Assembly: GCF_009914755.1 (NCBI RefSeq)
Contig: NC_060938.1
Strand: one strand, 5' to 3'
DNA length: 64,000 nt
Source: the human T2T-CHM13v2.0 reference genome, Homo sapiens
Shown here: positions 14,940 through 35,743 of the stretch, piece after piece
Layout: each line of letters begins with the position of its first letter
Position numbering within the stretch: position 1 is the stretch's first letter
Notes under the pieces: generated by a model
Told to the model about the DNA's origin: nothing
Databases searched by the model: none
Seen by the model: the letters and a program-made list of their open reading frames with translations, nothing else
Made by a program: the position numbers and the translations under genes

Positions 14940-15662
14940 GACAATTGTCAAGAAATCATTTCTGGTGTGGGGGGCTACATTTGGCCTCATAGCCAAGAAG
15001 CCACACAGTTCCCCATAATTACATAATGAGGACAGTCTGGTAGGGAAAGACTATAAAGTAGTGCTTGTGGGTTAATTGAGTTAAAAGATGAGCCTAAAGG
15101 AACCCTTTACTCAAATAACATGAAAGTGAAAAAAAAAAAAAGGGTAAAATAGATTTAGAAAGCAAAACTCAGGAGGTAAAAATGACCAAATACTAACTTT
15201 TAATTCCTGATGAAGCAGGAAGGCAGAACTTGAGTCACATCTCAAGATGTCTGACACCCCAATTAGGATCCTCAGCCCCTTGAACAGCTATGTAATTACC
15301 CTGGAGATGAATTCCCCCGGCAGCCCCACAAGCCTTTCCAGCCAACTCCATCGCTCATCCGGAAGTCAGGGAAAGGGAATATCTAGGTGAGGTTTGATGA
15401 TCACAACTACTCAAGGATTACTCAGATCTCAGAAATAAAGACTGGCAGATCAAGGGGAAAGCGCAGTCAGGACTTTTTGGTTCATCAGAACGGTGAAAAT
15501 AAAATCACTTTTTGCAGTTGTAAGGAGTCAACACAGGTTAGTTTTCCAGAGCCTAAATAGTAAAAGGAAAATAGCTTTACCCTAACAAACAAGAAGGCAT
15601 ACGAAAGTCAAGCAAGACAGAGGGTAGAAAGAAAAAAAAGATACTAATTCCACTAAACGTGA

Positions 15663-15977
<315 letters not shown>

Positions 15978-15984
15978 TACTATG

Positions 15985-16113
15985 TTTTGATTTTTTCTAG
16001 AGATGAGGTCTCATATGTTGCCCAGGCTGGTCTCGAACTCCTGAGCTCAAGCAATCCTCCGCCTAGGTCTTCCAAAGTGCTGGGATTACAGGCAAAAGCC
16101 ACCACACACGGCC
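15985..16113 (-). mobile_element. Alu left monomer (FLAM/AluJ)
   Basis: AGAGATGAGGTCTCATATGTTGCCCAGGCTGG...CACGGCC. Confidence 0.8.
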
Positions 16114-16169
16114 TCTTTCTTTCGCTTTTATCTTATTGGAAGAAGGAGAGTTGGGGCTTTGGTTATATT

Positions 16170-17260
<1,091 letters not shown>

Positions 17261-17512
17261 CTGTTCTTTATTAAAGGCAATCTCTAGGAAATAATATCTA
17301 CACTGGTCTTTTGGACAGTGCTTTCTAGTTTTCTAAGCCCATTCATTCATCCTAATTTGATAATCACAATAACCAGGTAAGGAGGCATAAAATATTATTT
17401 CTTTTTCATAGCCAAAAGAGCCAAGGTTTAGATGGTTAGGAGATTTGACCAAAGACCCCATTGTAAGTTTGTAGCCAGGACTAGCATTCATAAAGCTTAC
17501 CTTCTAGTTCAT

Positions 17513-17513
<1 letters not shown>

Positions 17514-17570
<57 letters not shown>

Positions 17571-17601
17571 TATGTGGGGGTGTGTGTGTTGTGTGTGTGT
17601 G
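17514..17601. repeat. (TG)n microsatellite
   Basis: About 26 perfect TG units followed by degenerate TG. Confidence 0.95.
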
Positions 17602-17773
17602 CAAGTGTTGGTACTACATCAAAATGCCTCTTAGATTGTAGAAAAGATTAGAAAGAAAATATTCTCTTTTTCTCTAATGATGAATTTTTACTTTCTATTT
17701 ACCTGGCCAGTTTTCATCATGTAACAAGCAAAATTTAAGGGATGCTAAAACTTTATTTGCTCCCATTTTGTCA

Positions 17774-18139
<366 letters not shown>

Positions 18140-19407
18140 TTAACCTATTCTCACTGGGTAGGCAGGGTATTGAGGGTGGAGGGGAATTAGGAGGGACTAT
18201 CTGCATACCTACCCCTGGAGATCTGGTATCTTGGACAGGCCTTCTAATACTGAATGATGTGGGAGAGAGAATGAATAAATAAATGAATGCACCAACTCCT
18301 AGGAAGGGGTAAGGGAGGAGCCTCCCAGGAGGGCAAAGAATGTACCCAAAGGAAGAGAAAGGTAACAAGTCATGTGGGCCTGCCACGTTTTGGCTACTGA
18401 CAAGGAATGCCTGTGGATTCAACCTAAGATATTGATTCCCAAGCCGTCTCTGGCCTATCCCTGGAAATCTGGTCTCTGGTCTACCAGAGAAGGGCTGTGG
18501 AATGGAAAGTGCCCTGCTGATTTGGGAAAGGGATGGGAAGAGCTGTATTCTGCTCTGCATTGTGGAGTGACAGAGCAAGGAAGCCAAAGGTATGGATGAT
18601 GGGGGCAAAAACAGAAAGAGGCAAAACACAATCAGAGCCGCCTCTGAGCACCTGGGGTATAGACAGACACCGGAACCTGTGGGGTGGGAAAGAACTTGGG
18701 GAGTGTGGCAGTAGTTTAGTTATCGAAGCTGTGGTTTAGTACTCTTGTGCTATTAACAAATGGGATTGGAGCTCAGATCCAAAACCCAGTGATGGTCACC
18801 CAGCTCTTGACTGTCCTCAAGGCCAGTATGGCCAGAACATATGATGAGCAGTTTTTCATAAACCTGAACTCACACCTTTAGCAAAAGGTGCCGATTTCAT
18901 CCTTTGGTTAGTACATTAATTGGTTCATTTCCTCTCAAGACTAGTCCTTTCCATAGAAAGATAAGAAAAAGTCTTCTCCCAATTCCCACTCTTATTGGGG
19001 GGTTAGTATATCCTAGGTTTCATGAACATGTCAGGATGTTTCAGAGATTGCGCTGTAGTCTGATGGAGCTCCTGTCCCATACATAAGGTGGTGAGATGTG
19101 CCAGTTCAGCACGACCCTTGAACAGGGGATCATTCCAAGGGAATCTAATGGAGCTCTTGCAGACACCTACCAGCACCACTACTGGTTTCAGCCAGCCAGC
19201 CCCAGGAGCTGGCCCATATCCTGGACTACGGCTTGACCTCGCCTGGTTAGCTGTGGACAAGGCTTATTGGTGGGGCTTCAGCAGAATTGCTTGCTGGGGT
19301 GTGGCAGAAGCTGAAGGCACAGATTCTGTTGCAAGCATCGGAAGGAGGTTTCTGACACCACACAGAGAAGAGGTGGGTCTCATGTTATGCAAGAATGAGG
19401 TACCAAA

Positions 19408-19723
<316 letters not shown>

Positions 19724-20759
19724 CTAAGCCAATACATAAGGCAAAGAAGCAAATACAGACAAAACTACTTTAAAATTTTAAAATTACTTTAAAATAGAGT
19801 AACCTTATAGATGTAAAAATTCACAATGTGTACTTACTGATGGGGCACTGAGGATGGGTTTTAAAGACTCATTTGTACTTCTCCAGACAACTCCTGTCTA
19901 GCTAGTTAGCTATTTTAGCCAGAAGCACAAAAGGTAGGGTAGCAAAAATACAAGTGGTAGTGCAGGCAAAACGTAGTATGAAGTCAGAAAATAGAATAGC
20001 CTGGACATGATGACCGAACCACGAAATGGGTCATCCAGGAATGCAATGGTGCAGACATCGAAGGTGACAGGCAGACCGTCTGCTGGGGCAAGCAGGACCC
20101 CACCTGTGGGGCAGGTATTAAGAAGCAGGCTCTCCTGAGTGGATGGGGAATGGCTAAGCACAGGACCCTCGTTTCCAGGGTTCTCAGCCAGGGAAACAAG
20201 ACAGCAGTTTAAGGCTCAAAAACAAGGTAGGAACCTGGTTACCAGTCTGGACAATCAACAGAAAGAACTGAGACTCAAGGTCAAGACTGGACTAGGTGAT
20301 GAGGATTCTGGGATCAAACTCCTTGAACAATGCCTCAGGTCAGGATGAGTCCAAGGCCTTGGGCAGGCCCCACCCCTCAGGGAAGGTGGTGCAGGGAGGA
20401 GAGATGCCATGTTCTGGAGCTCGGACCCAGCCATGCCAGAGGTGAGCAAGGAGCAGGTTGGGTACACCATTGCCCCAGCTGCCGTAGGCTCACAGCTGGA
20501 AGGTCGGGGCGACAGCAGGGCCAGGTGGGCCACGAGCTGATTGTTATTAGCTGACTGAGACGCTTAGTGCATCTCGTGTGACCCACTCACATTTGGGCAC
20601 ACTTAGGCTTCTTAATATGAAACTTCTTCTGATTTACCCCCTCGCATTCTTGCCCACCCTTTCTGGAACGCACAGCGCTGCCAAAGAAAAGTTTGGAAAC
20701 AAAGTCATAGGACTGTTTTTGTTTTTTTTTTAACATGATGTAGCAGAACTTATGCGAAC

Positions 20760-21063
20760 AGGACAGATTCGGTGGCTCACACCGGTAATCCCAGCACTTT
20801 ACTTTGGGAGGCCAAAGTGGGAGGATCACTTGAGCTTAGGAGTTCAAGACCAGCCTGGGCAATATAGTGAGACCGCCCCCCGCCCAACCCCATCTCTGCA
20901 AAAAATACAAAAATGTGCCAGATGTTGTGGCATGTGCCTGTAGTTTCAGCTACTTGGGAGGCTGAACTGGGAGGATTTATTGAACCCAGGAAGTTGTGCT
21001 GCAATGAGCTTTGATCACCACTGCACTCCAGCCTTGGCAGCAGAGCAAGATTCCATCTCTAAA
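20760..21063 (+). mobile_element. AluJ-like SINE
   Basis: Diverged Alu with GAGGATCACTTGAGC and CCTGGGCAATATAG. Confidence 0.85.
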
Positions 21064-21078
21064 CAATGTAGCAAATAA

Positions 21079-21462
<384 letters not shown>

Positions 21463-21631
21463 TCAGGGAGTGAGTGAAGTTATTCTCTTTATATCTGGGA
21501 CAGGGAAGCAATAGCTGGGGACACAGAGGCAGTCACCCGAGCTCTCAGATACACTTCAGGGGAGGAGGAGGTCTTCCAAAAACAGTGAGGGTCTGTGAGG
21601 CTAGCCTTCCTTGCATGAACCAGTAGTGAGC

Positions 21632-22007
21632 TGTGTTAGTCCATTCTCACATTACTACAAAGAACTACCTGAGACTGGGTAGTTTATAAAGAAAAGAGGT
21701 TTAACTGACTCAGTTTGACAGGCTGAACAGGAAGCATGGCTGGGGAGGCCTCAGGAAACTTACAATCATGCAGGAAGGTGAAGGGGAAGCAGGCAAAATC
21801 TTCACATGGAGAGAGGAGAGAGAGAAGGGGGGAGTGCTACCCAGCTTTAAATAACCAGATCTTGTGGGAACTCACTCACTATCATGAGAACTGCAAGAGG
21901 GAAATTTGCCCCCATGATCCAGTCACCTCCACCAGGTCCCTCCCCCAACACTGGGGATTACAGTTCAACATGACATTTGGGTGGGGACACAGAGAAAAAC
22001 CATATCA
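21632..22007 (-). mobile_element. MSTA/THE1-like MaLR solo LTR
   Basis: TGTGTTAGTCCATTCTCAC...AAACCATATCA; near-perfect 5-bp TSD TGAGC/TGAAC. Confidence 0.9.
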
Positions 22008-22884
22008 TGAACACAGGCAAGGGACTGGCCAGGCTGCGGCCATGTACAGCCCCTGGATACAGGGATGGGCAGAGAACATGGAGGCCACCCCCTCAAAGGG
22101 ACTGTCTGTCCTAGATACAAGGATAGGGAACCATACCCCATCCCTAAGTTACCTACAGAACTCAGTGGTGACGCAGAAGCTCTGGACAGCAAACACCTAC
22201 CCCTGGAATAGACTGGCTTTATGAACAGTAGTATACCTTATCACTAATTTTAGAATTGACTCCACAGCCAGTTTACAAATCTGAGTCTCATTTCTTTATG
22301 ATGGCCTATCGTTATAGACCAAACATTAACATAACCCAGCAACTATTACCTGCTTTCCAAAGATTTAGGCTTTGTTGTCTCTGAGGATATTCAAAAGAAA
22401 AGTAAAAGAAAATGTGTACTACAGGGCCAGTTACTAGCATAAGCACTTTATACACATCCACATGGCTTGCAGAGGAGGTCACTAACATCCTCAAGGAATC
22501 TACCAGTCAGTAAACAAGCTGGCATTGGAAACCAGGTCTCCCTTTGGTAACTCTGCTTTGTGGCCTCTAGATATAGCCCCAGTAGAGGTGCTCCAGGTTA
22601 TTTAAAAAGGTAGCAATTGCCACACTCATTCCTGGACCAATTGGAAAGGACACTGGCAATCAAGAACAGGTAAGGGAGTTTGGATGCCTTCCGGTGAAGC
22701 CTCAGCTGAGATGACTGGGAATACAGAACGGCTTCTACCTGGAGCAGAAGACGGAGATCCATGCAGCCCTGGAGAGGAAGTAGAAGAAGATGCATGACTG
22801 GTGGGCATCGCCAACGGGTGGCCTCCGTGATAAAAGCGTGAGGCCCCACGGTGGCCTCGGCACATCTTCAAAGGCAGTATTTTG

Positions 22885-23190
<306 letters not shown>

Positions 23191-23934
23191 GACGGGTACT
23201 TAGTTTCACAGACATTAGGGAAATATGGTAGCAGAGGAGGGAGGTCTTCCAAAAATACTTGAAAAAGACATATGTACAATAGTGAGCAGTGGCATTTATG
23301 AGAAAGATGGTCTATAAACATTACTATTGCTCTGGCTTTACCTTTAGGTTGGTGTGATCCTGAAGGAAGGAAGTGCGTGTGTAGGAAAAGGAGTTCCAGG
23401 GGGGTTATGTTAATTTACAATCATATCAAAATAACATGACTCTTCCTCCTCTCCCTGTAGCTGTATCTAGGAAGTAGGAGTTTAACATTTCCCCATTCAA
23501 CCTCTTACCAGAAAACTACTCCTAAATAAACATCACTAATTTTGCTGCCACATCACTAAGTCTTGACAGAATTACCCAAATCATATGTGCTAGGAAAATC
23601 AATTGTCAACAGATTTTGAGCGTCCATGCCGTTCTAGGCATCATATTTGTATATGAAGAGAAAAGAAATATATTAGCTCCCAAAGGGATTTCTATCTTTA
23701 TACCCACAGAGAAAATAGGGATGGGTAGACTTGGACTTGGTGTAAAAAATGTACAGGTAAGTAATACCCAAAGTCAAAAGGAATTCAACAATTTTGCTAA
23801 TATCAAACAGTACACAGTTGGCAAATTTGGGTACGTGTGTACACAGATCGTACAAAGTATTTTAAGCAACATACTAAAATTTTACTTCCAAGTTGTCGTC
23901 TGCAGGGTTTTTCCATTTCTTCTTATTTATCTAC

Positions 23935-24242
23935 TTTTTTGTTATTGTTGTTTGTTTTTTTGAGACAGAGTCTTGCTCTGTCGCCCAGGCTGGAGTACAG
24001 TGGCGCGATCTTGACTCACAGCAACCTCCGCCTCCCAGGTTCAAGCAATTCTCATGTCTCGCATCCCAAGTAGCTGGGATTACAGGCATGCACCACCATG
24101 CCCAGCTAATTTTTGTATTTTCAGTAGAGACGGGGTTTCACCATGTTGGCCAGGCTGGTCTTGAACTCCTGACCTCAAATGATCCACCTGCCTCAGTGTC
24201 CCCAAGTGCTGGGATTACGGGTGTGAGCCACCGTGCCCAGCC
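23935..24242 (-). mobile_element. Alu SINE (AluS type)
   Basis: Full antisense Alu. Confidence 0.95.
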
Positions 24243-25419
24243 TATCCACTATTATTTACATAGCTACTCTACACAGGATGGTGGAACAGAACACTGTACC
24301 AGAAACTCCCCCACAATGTGTAGAACAATTCTGGCCTCATGTAGACCTTCAAAGGGTTATTACAAGGACATCACACAAACCTTGATGCTGTCAAAACTAT
24401 GGTCAATTAAACTAATAGAAGATACTCCATTTCAAAACATACCCAGGTTACATCCTCATGAGGAGGTATCAAAAGAAAATGAATTTGTGCCACTTTTGAA
24501 TGATGACATCTGCGTTACCACAGCAATTCACCTATCAAACTAATTTAGGTTTAGAGCCAAAATCAACACTGCTGTCAGAGAGTTTATTTCTATTCATTTA
24601 AGAACCTCCAGGTTAAAGAGTGGTCAGTGAGAATTTTAATGTCTTGGGAAAAGAGAGAAAAATGAGAGTCTAAGTACTGCACACAGTAACAAGAAGGGGA
24701 CTTTCAGTTTACCCAGCAAATAGACCAAGCAGCTAGTATCAGGTTCTATCCTGTACATCGAAGAGATGCCAAAACACAAACTCTGTCTTAAAGGAGCTTA
24801 CAGTCCTATCTGCAAAGAATTGACAATGCAGATGTCACAACGATGACAGCTAACTATTACTGATGACTTTCTATAAGCCAGGACTGTCTTACATGCTTTA
24901 TTAAATTAATCCTCACCAAGTACTGTCCCATTTTACAGGTGAGTATATAAAGGCACATTAAATAACAAATATTTGAATAGTACTTCTCATAGATAAGTTG
25001 CAAATAAATATGATATTCTATCTCATCTGATTCTCAGAACCGCAGTGAGGCAGACAGTATCCCAGGTGTCCCACAGCCATACAGAATGGCAATGGCAGAT
25101 CCATGATGGAAGACAGGTCTTGTGGCTGCTAATCCACTTCTACAGATGGCACTAAAAGGCAGGCCTATGAGAGCCAAACAAGATACAGACAGAGAATTCT
25201 ATAGACCTTCACTCAGGAGGAGATCACTTCCTGTTTGGGTTGTCCAGGCTGCATCCACAAAGAAGGGTGATGCATGCGAGCCTTGGGGGAGTAGGGGTGT
25301 TTAGATGGGCAGAAAGGGGAGGGGATGCCACTTGAGAGAGCAAGAGGAAGCAGAGCAAAGTATGGAAGGGGCAGGTGTGAGGGACATTTGGGCATCAGAA
25401 AACAGATCTGTTTGTTTGA

Positions 25420-25837
<418 letters not shown>

Positions 25838-26319
25838 CAGAAGGTGAATTTTAAGTGAGGGGATAGTGAAAAAATAATAGTTAAGGAGAAAGGATCATTG
25901 TGATTACTAAATATACAATAAATAATATAGAATAATCCAAATTATAATTATAGAATATATACAAAAATAAATAGAATTAACCCTCCAAACTGAAGAGCTT
26001 TAATGCTTTTGGTAGAACCCAGAGAATCTCTACAAATAAATGTCCGCAACTCAAATCTCGTCTCTGAATTCTTTCTAACTTCACTTTTGTTTTTTATGGC
26101 TAATCCTCAGATTGACTCACGTGCCCTCCTTCCGTGCTAAAAGTGAAAGCTACATATCATCATCGTTAATAATACATGGACGGGACTCAGGTTCCTCACT
26201 TGACAGGAAAAGCATAAAGACAGAGCAAGCTCTGAATGTACAGTTGAAGGTGGTAATGATTCACCGCAGTTTAAAGTCTCCAAAAACCCTCTATGGAAAA
26301 ACCTTACCCGACCTCACCT

Positions 26320-27141
<822 letters not shown>

Positions 27142-27740
27142 TCACCCAGGACCTGGGAGACATGATCGAGTTCCAGGCTCCCTTCTGCAATCCCTGCCCA
27201 GGTGAAGCTCTCTGGGCCCGCCGTCCTCATCTTTGACATGAAGTGTTTGGGCTGGACGAGGCCTAAGGCCATTTTTAGCTTTAAAGCTCTAGGATTCTAT
27301 CACATCATAGCCAAAATAGGCATTTGGTCTCATATCTACCAAAGGGGAGATGAAAAAAAGGAAACCACTTTCAAACTCCAGAACCCTATGCCCACAAGTA
27401 GAAGTCAAGGAGAAAGTGGAAAGAAAGAGTAATTAGTGGTGGTGGTTGCATTTGCCATATGCCACATAATCATTCCATCTTCACGTCAGATCTGGCCTGC
27501 AGCCCTCATGCCACAGCAACTTAACACAAAGAGATGCTGGGAGCTGCCAAACGCAGAAAATTAATACAAGGGATGCAAGGAGAATCTCTGCAACTACATT
27601 TTATTTCTCTAACCTGCTAGTGTCAAGGTCATTTCGCCCCGGAAATATAAAACCTGCTGTGTAGCGAAGGGGTAAAAGAAAGAAAAGAAATCCTGGCAGT
27701 TAAGCTGTCCCTGTGACCCTCGCCCCAGAATATCACTTAC

Positions 27741-27840
27741 TTTTCATCTCACATAATTCCTGGCCGGTGGGCTCCTCGGAACTGCTAGAAACTGACAATT
27801 AGTAAAACAAATCCCACGAGTAAAGACCAACAAGAAATTC
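27741..27840 (-). other. Candidate non-coding exon (100 nt)
   Basis: Acceptor gtttttacag|G and consensus donor AAA|gtaagt; stops in all three frames. Confidence 0.3.
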
Positions 27841-28435
27841 CTGTAAAAACCTCACCCATACACACTGTACTATTTTACCTTTTTTTCAAAAGTAAATTGT
27901 GGCTGTCAAATGACACCCTTTCATTACTGTCACTGACTCTTTTAAGAACGGCTAATCAGAAAAGCCTACAGAGGTATTTAATCAGATTTTTTTTTCTTCA
28001 AATGACCTAATGTTTTGGTATAAAACTGCTGCCAGCTCACGCTGGGTAGAAATTTAGCATTGTCAGCATTTAATTATTATTTTATCACGGATTTCTTTAC
28101 TTTCCTACAGGGAAGAAATAATTTTTTTAAAAAAAAATGCAGCAAGTGCTTAGCTTTTAAAATCACAAGACGCTTGCTTCATTATTGTGCTTTGTCAAAA
28201 ATTACTAGCTCAGGACATGGGACATATCACGGAAATGCACTTTAGGTTAATAAGTGGTACTGCCATCACTGGCTTCAGTCTTCCAGGACATGGAAAACTG
28301 GGAAGTGAAAATTATGTTCATTGTGTTGGTTTTCGGGAAATGAGATTATTCTAGACTCATTCACATTTGTGTGTCATAGCAGCCACATATTCTCCTACCC
28401 CTAGGACACCTGGGTGAAGCCTGTGGCTTTACCAT

Positions 28436-28620
28436 TCCCTCCTCCTCCTCCTCCTCCTCCTTTCACTCCATCTTCCTTCTTCTCCACCTCCTCATCCCCT
28501 ACTCCCTTCCTCCTCCTCCTCCTCCACCTCCTCTTACTCTCACCCCCCTCCTCTTCCTTACCCTCCTTCCCCTACCCCCTCCTTCTCCCCTCTTCCTCCT
28601 CCTCCCTTGCCTTTTTTCCT
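28436..28620. repeat. (TCC)n / CT-rich polypyrimidine tract
   Basis: CCTCCTCCTCC...; nearly purine-free for about 185 nt. Confidence 0.9.
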
Positions 28621-28933
28621 CTAAGGTGGGAATAAGAGAGTGGGGAGGAGAAAAGGAGGAAAAATGGAAAGAGAAAGAAAAGACAGGTGTGTATCTGTGA
28701 CCTCTAGCCAACTGACCCAAGGCTACAAGTATATGGCTAATAATGGTGGCACAAGGACCAGACATCCAGGTGCGTTCCCTAAAACTACTCTTTCATTTTT
28801 TCCTCATCATTCAGCTAAAATCTCTTTTTAGAAAATTACCTGTTTCATCATCACCACCACAAAACCCTTCATCTGCCTCTCTTCCCCTTTAACCAGTTCC
28901 TTTTTCCTTGCTTTAGAGTCGAGCTCTGAATAA

Positions 28934-29699
<766 letters not shown>

Positions 29700-29774
29700 A
29701 AATCTCGTTGATTTCAAAGAGAACTTGAGACTTCTCCCCAAAACCTATCCTCCCCTAAAACCTATCCTCTCGCT

Positions 29775-30460
29775 GCCCCCCCAAATTTCTCCCATCTTAG
29801 TAATTGTCACCTCCTAAATGTCAGCATCTGAGGACTTTGTTTCCCTCCCCGCTTCCATTCTAATGCACTAGAAAGTTCTCTACATCTTCACCACTTCTGT
29901 ACTTCACTTTAGTCCAGGGACTTCGCTCACCTGGTCTCCGTGACTGCACTGCTGCCCACCTATGAACCATCCTGCATGAAACAGCAGAAGGGATGCTCTG
30001 AATAGAAACCTGACCATGCCACTCTCATGCTTGAAACTGGCCGATGTTTTCCCATGAGAGCTAGAATAAACCTAACCTCCTCCCTGCCCCTGACCACCTC
30101 CCCGCACATCCATGCCACACTCTCCCTCACAGCCGCTCCTTCCACAAGCCCCAGGGTCTTTGCACAGGCTCTGCCCTCAGCATGGAAGCCCTTTCCACCA
30201 TGTGCACAGTGAACTCCTTCGGGATTTTTAGGACTCTTTGTAAATGTCAGCTCCTCAGGGCTGGCCCCTAACATTTGCGTCCTTTCTTGCTTCTTATCAC
30301 AATTTACAATTGTTCCACTTGTCTGTTTACTTGCTAATTATACAGAAATTCCTTGCTGGCAAGGGCCCCCTCTGGTCTTCTTATTCCATAACCCAACAAC
30401 TAGCATAATGTTTGGCACAAATGAGAAATTCAGTATTTTTCACAATGAATAAATAAAATG
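29775..30460 (+). mobile_element. L2 fragments
   Basis: CTGACCATGCCACTCTCATGCTTGAAAC.., CCCAGGGTCTTTGCACAGGCT.., 3' end AATGAATAAAT. Confidence 0.65.
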
Positions 30461-30600
30461 CTTATTTATTTCCCAAAAAAAGTCTATGTGACAGGAGGAA
30501 GCTCCTAAATGTATTTACACATGGTTTGGATCATGGATGGTTTGGCCCTTTCTTAGATAAACTTCAAGTTGAGTTATGATTATGTTTAAAAGGCGCCATT

Positions 30601-30908
<308 letters not shown>

Positions 30909-31370
30909 TTATCCTACCCAGACTACCCACTGACAGCAGCAGGGCAAAATGCATGGAGGGTGGGGGTGGGTGCCCATCTAAGAGTCAGGGAAAGTAGTAT
31001 TTAATACGTAGGTAGTGGAAAGTGACCTTGGGTGAGCAGTGGGCTGTAACAAGTCCTCCCAGTAAGATTTCAGCCCAGCTCTGCTGAGCTGCAACTGTGG
31101 CCTGCCTTCTATTTCCACCTCCTAAAGGAAATGCTGCTTCCTCCATGAGGCGGCTGTGTGATCACACTGAGCACTGTATACTGAACCAACTTAAAATGTA
31201 TGGCTACTTTGGAGGTCTACCTGGACACACCACTGACATAGATAATCAACCTCAAAGAAAACTTCATGCCACCAGAAAATCTTGATCATGACAAATTAAT
31301 CCAACATATATTTGTTGAGGCCAGACATTGTTCTAGGCAATGGAGAATAATAGTTAAAATGAAAAACTAG

Positions 31371-31977
<607 letters not shown>

Positions 31978-32251
31978 GTACACTTGGTAATTTTTAAGGC
32001 ACAGTAATCTTGCACATCATTGCTTGTGGCCCATTTCAAGTTCTATAATTTGGCATATCAGTCTCACAGCTGCTCCACCCAAGCAGTGTGGAGGGCAGTT
32101 GAAGGGTGGAGCCGAAAACATGGTGTCCCTTGCAGCAAACCTCATGATGCATTAAGAAGCTCTCCCATTTTACAGATGAAAAAACGGGAAAATGAAGGGA
32201 TTGGATTGCTAAGGCCATAAAGCCATGGAATAGCTGAGTAGGATGGAAAAC

Positions 32252-32478
32252 CAAGCTTGTCCAACCCACGGCCTGCCAATGGCATGCGGCTCAGGACGGC
32301 TTTGAATGCAGCCCAACACACATTTGTAAACTCTCTTGAAACATTATGAGTTTTTTGCAATTTTGGTTTTTTTTTTTTAGCTCATTAGCTATCATTACTG
32401 TTAGTGTATTTTATGTGTAGCTCAAGACAATTCTTCTTCAAATGTGGCTCAGGGAAGCCAAAAGATTGGACACCCCTG
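32252..32478 (-). mobile_element. MER30 (hAT-Charlie) inserted in a MIR
   Basis: Ends CAAGCTTGTCCAACCC...GATTGGACACCCCTG; MIR text CCCATTTTACAGATGA on the left. Confidence 0.85.
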
Positions 32479-32798
32479 ATCTAAACCCAGGTCTTTGGAC
32501 CTCAAGTTCAGTTGTCTACCTTTGCCTTCAGACTAACCATGGTAGCGATGCCCCATGTAGGAAGTGGATTTTACAACAAATCCATAACCACTGTCAGCAA
32601 ATAAAAGTAACCATTTCTAGACATTTCAAACTTTGTTGAAATTTTAACTATAACTATCCAGAATGACCTAGACATTTAAATAAGAAAGGAGCACTAAGTA
32701 GCTAAAAGCCCATGCACTGTACTCAGCACTGCACTCAAAGACTGTCCCCTCAAACTTTTGTTCAAAACCTACAGACTCTTACTTTGAACCTAATTCTA

Positions 32799-33455
<657 letters not shown>

Positions 33456-33574
33456 AAAATATAGGAAAGCTTCAAAGCCAACACAATGATGGTAGTTTGG
33501 AGCCATATCATTAAGAAACACCTCAAAAGCCCTTCAGATACCTGGTATTACTGAGTAGCATGGTCCTTGATCAT

Positions 33575-33770
33575 AAAATTATAGAATTTTAGAAATGTCA
33601 ACAACCTTAGGAGTCTTATGGTCCAATTCTTCATTTTTATAGATGAAGAAATAAATGCTCAGAGATGTTCAGAGACTTGCTAAAGGTCACACAGTGAATT
33701 AATGATTAAACTTAAATTAGAAGTAGAGTTTTGATTCCAAGTTTAGAACTCTTTCCATTACTCCATATCT
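33575..33770 (-). mobile_element. MIR fragment
   Basis: CATTTTTATAGATGAAGAAA..GCTCAGAGA..GACTTGCTAAAGGTCACACAG. Confidence 0.7.
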
Positions 33771-35469
33771 ATTATTTTAGCCTTTCGGTAACAATGGAAT
33801 GGAGGAAAAGCTCATTTAATTAAAAGACTACACCCTTGAGATTGTTAAGATTCTGGAATCACTAAAGTATACAGATCATACAGTTCCAGATGTTTATAAA
33901 GATGATTTTAAATCAAGTCAAAGGTTAAATTAGGTTTAATGTACTCAGAGAATATAACTTTAGAAGCAGTGCTAAAACACATTTCAAATAATTAAAAGAT
34001 TAATATATGTGGAAATTTGTATTCTCCCTTGTGTTTGGGAAAATGAAGTCTCACTGTCTATTAGTATAAGAAGAAAAGCTGGCCACTGAAGTTGATAAGT
34101 TTAGACATGCTCATAGGAATAAATTCTGACCAGTTTCAGGGCAGCCCGAGAATCACCCAGGCACTGGCTGGCCCTAAGTAATTTTTCTAATTGCTGGATG
34201 CCACATATTCATTCAATTGCCTCATTCAACTGAAAAATAAAAGCCACCCTTCATCCTACCTTTGTGATCTTCCCCTTTCCTATCATTAGCAATGTCTTCT
34301 GCTCCTTTTCTGAATTAATTAGGAAATAAAAATAGAACTCTGACATGTTTACAAAGATGCAGAGTGCTGGTTAAACATGAAAGAACAGGGGTTGGGAACA
34401 CAGAGGTGACAAATTTTATTTCTGTGATGACAAGTTAGAGTCCTCCTGCCAGCTGGCCCTTGCCATAGCCAGAAGTATGCACCTGTCTACAGAGAAGTCA
34501 GGGAAGAAGGGGGAGCTGAAAAAGCCTCGGGGCCCCAGCTTGGCCTTCCATGCCATGCAAATGAGTTCTAATTGCTCGGGGTCATCGAACAGGGTTCCAT
34601 GTGGCACTTCCATGACAGCTCCTGGCAGAGAGGGAGGCAGGGACACAACTTCTGTTAGCCTAACCACAAAGGTGGTCCTGTTTCTGCTTAGACCCTAGAG
34701 CAGGGCTGTGGTTTGGGGAGTTCACCTCTCCCTACCTTCTGCCATACAGGAAAAGGGAGAAGGAGGTGCGTCACCTAGTGCTTCTGAGTGTCCCCGAGAT
34801 GCACTTCTAGTTTGACAGTGCTGCCAAAGGAAATGAGAAGCGATAAGTGATCCAGCCCCGATTAGATCAGCCGCCGTGGGAAAGGTGCTGAGCCAGAGAT
34901 ATTTCACTGAAATAAGGAGAATCTTGGGAATAGATTTCTGGCAAGCAATCCCGAAGCAGATATGGTCTGAATTGGAAATAGATTTCATGGGCAGATAAAG
35001 TCTAATAAATGGCAGGTCACTCAAAAATCATATATCATCAAGTCTCATACAGTGTCTGTGAAGTTTATTATCAATAATTTAACACGAGAAGAGCCTAGCC
35101 CTTAGCAAATATTTAATTTCAAAACATACCTACTGATTTACTCAGATACAGCATACATACTATATTACAAATATATTGCAGGAAGCCAAATGCCAATAAA
35201 GCTGCACTTAGAAGACCAGCATGCTTTTTGCTTTCCAAATCCCGTTAAGGAAGAGAATGGCCTCCCATCCACGGGATGGGAGTCCAACAGCAGTTTCTAA
35301 ATTGCACTGGAAAAGAAAGTTTGCACATAGACAATACCTGAGCCCCTTCATCCCCAGGCCAAGCAACATGCCAGATAACACATATACAAGTACTGGGGAC
35401 AACAATTAAGGACCCCATCAGAATGTGCATGCTGTGCCTAAAGGCCACAAGAGGATTAAAGCAAGGTCA

Positions 35470-35743
<274 letters not shown>

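Noticed and set aside
21736-22224. 162-aa ATG-initiated ORF
   Set aside because: Mostly antisense MaLR LTR sequence.
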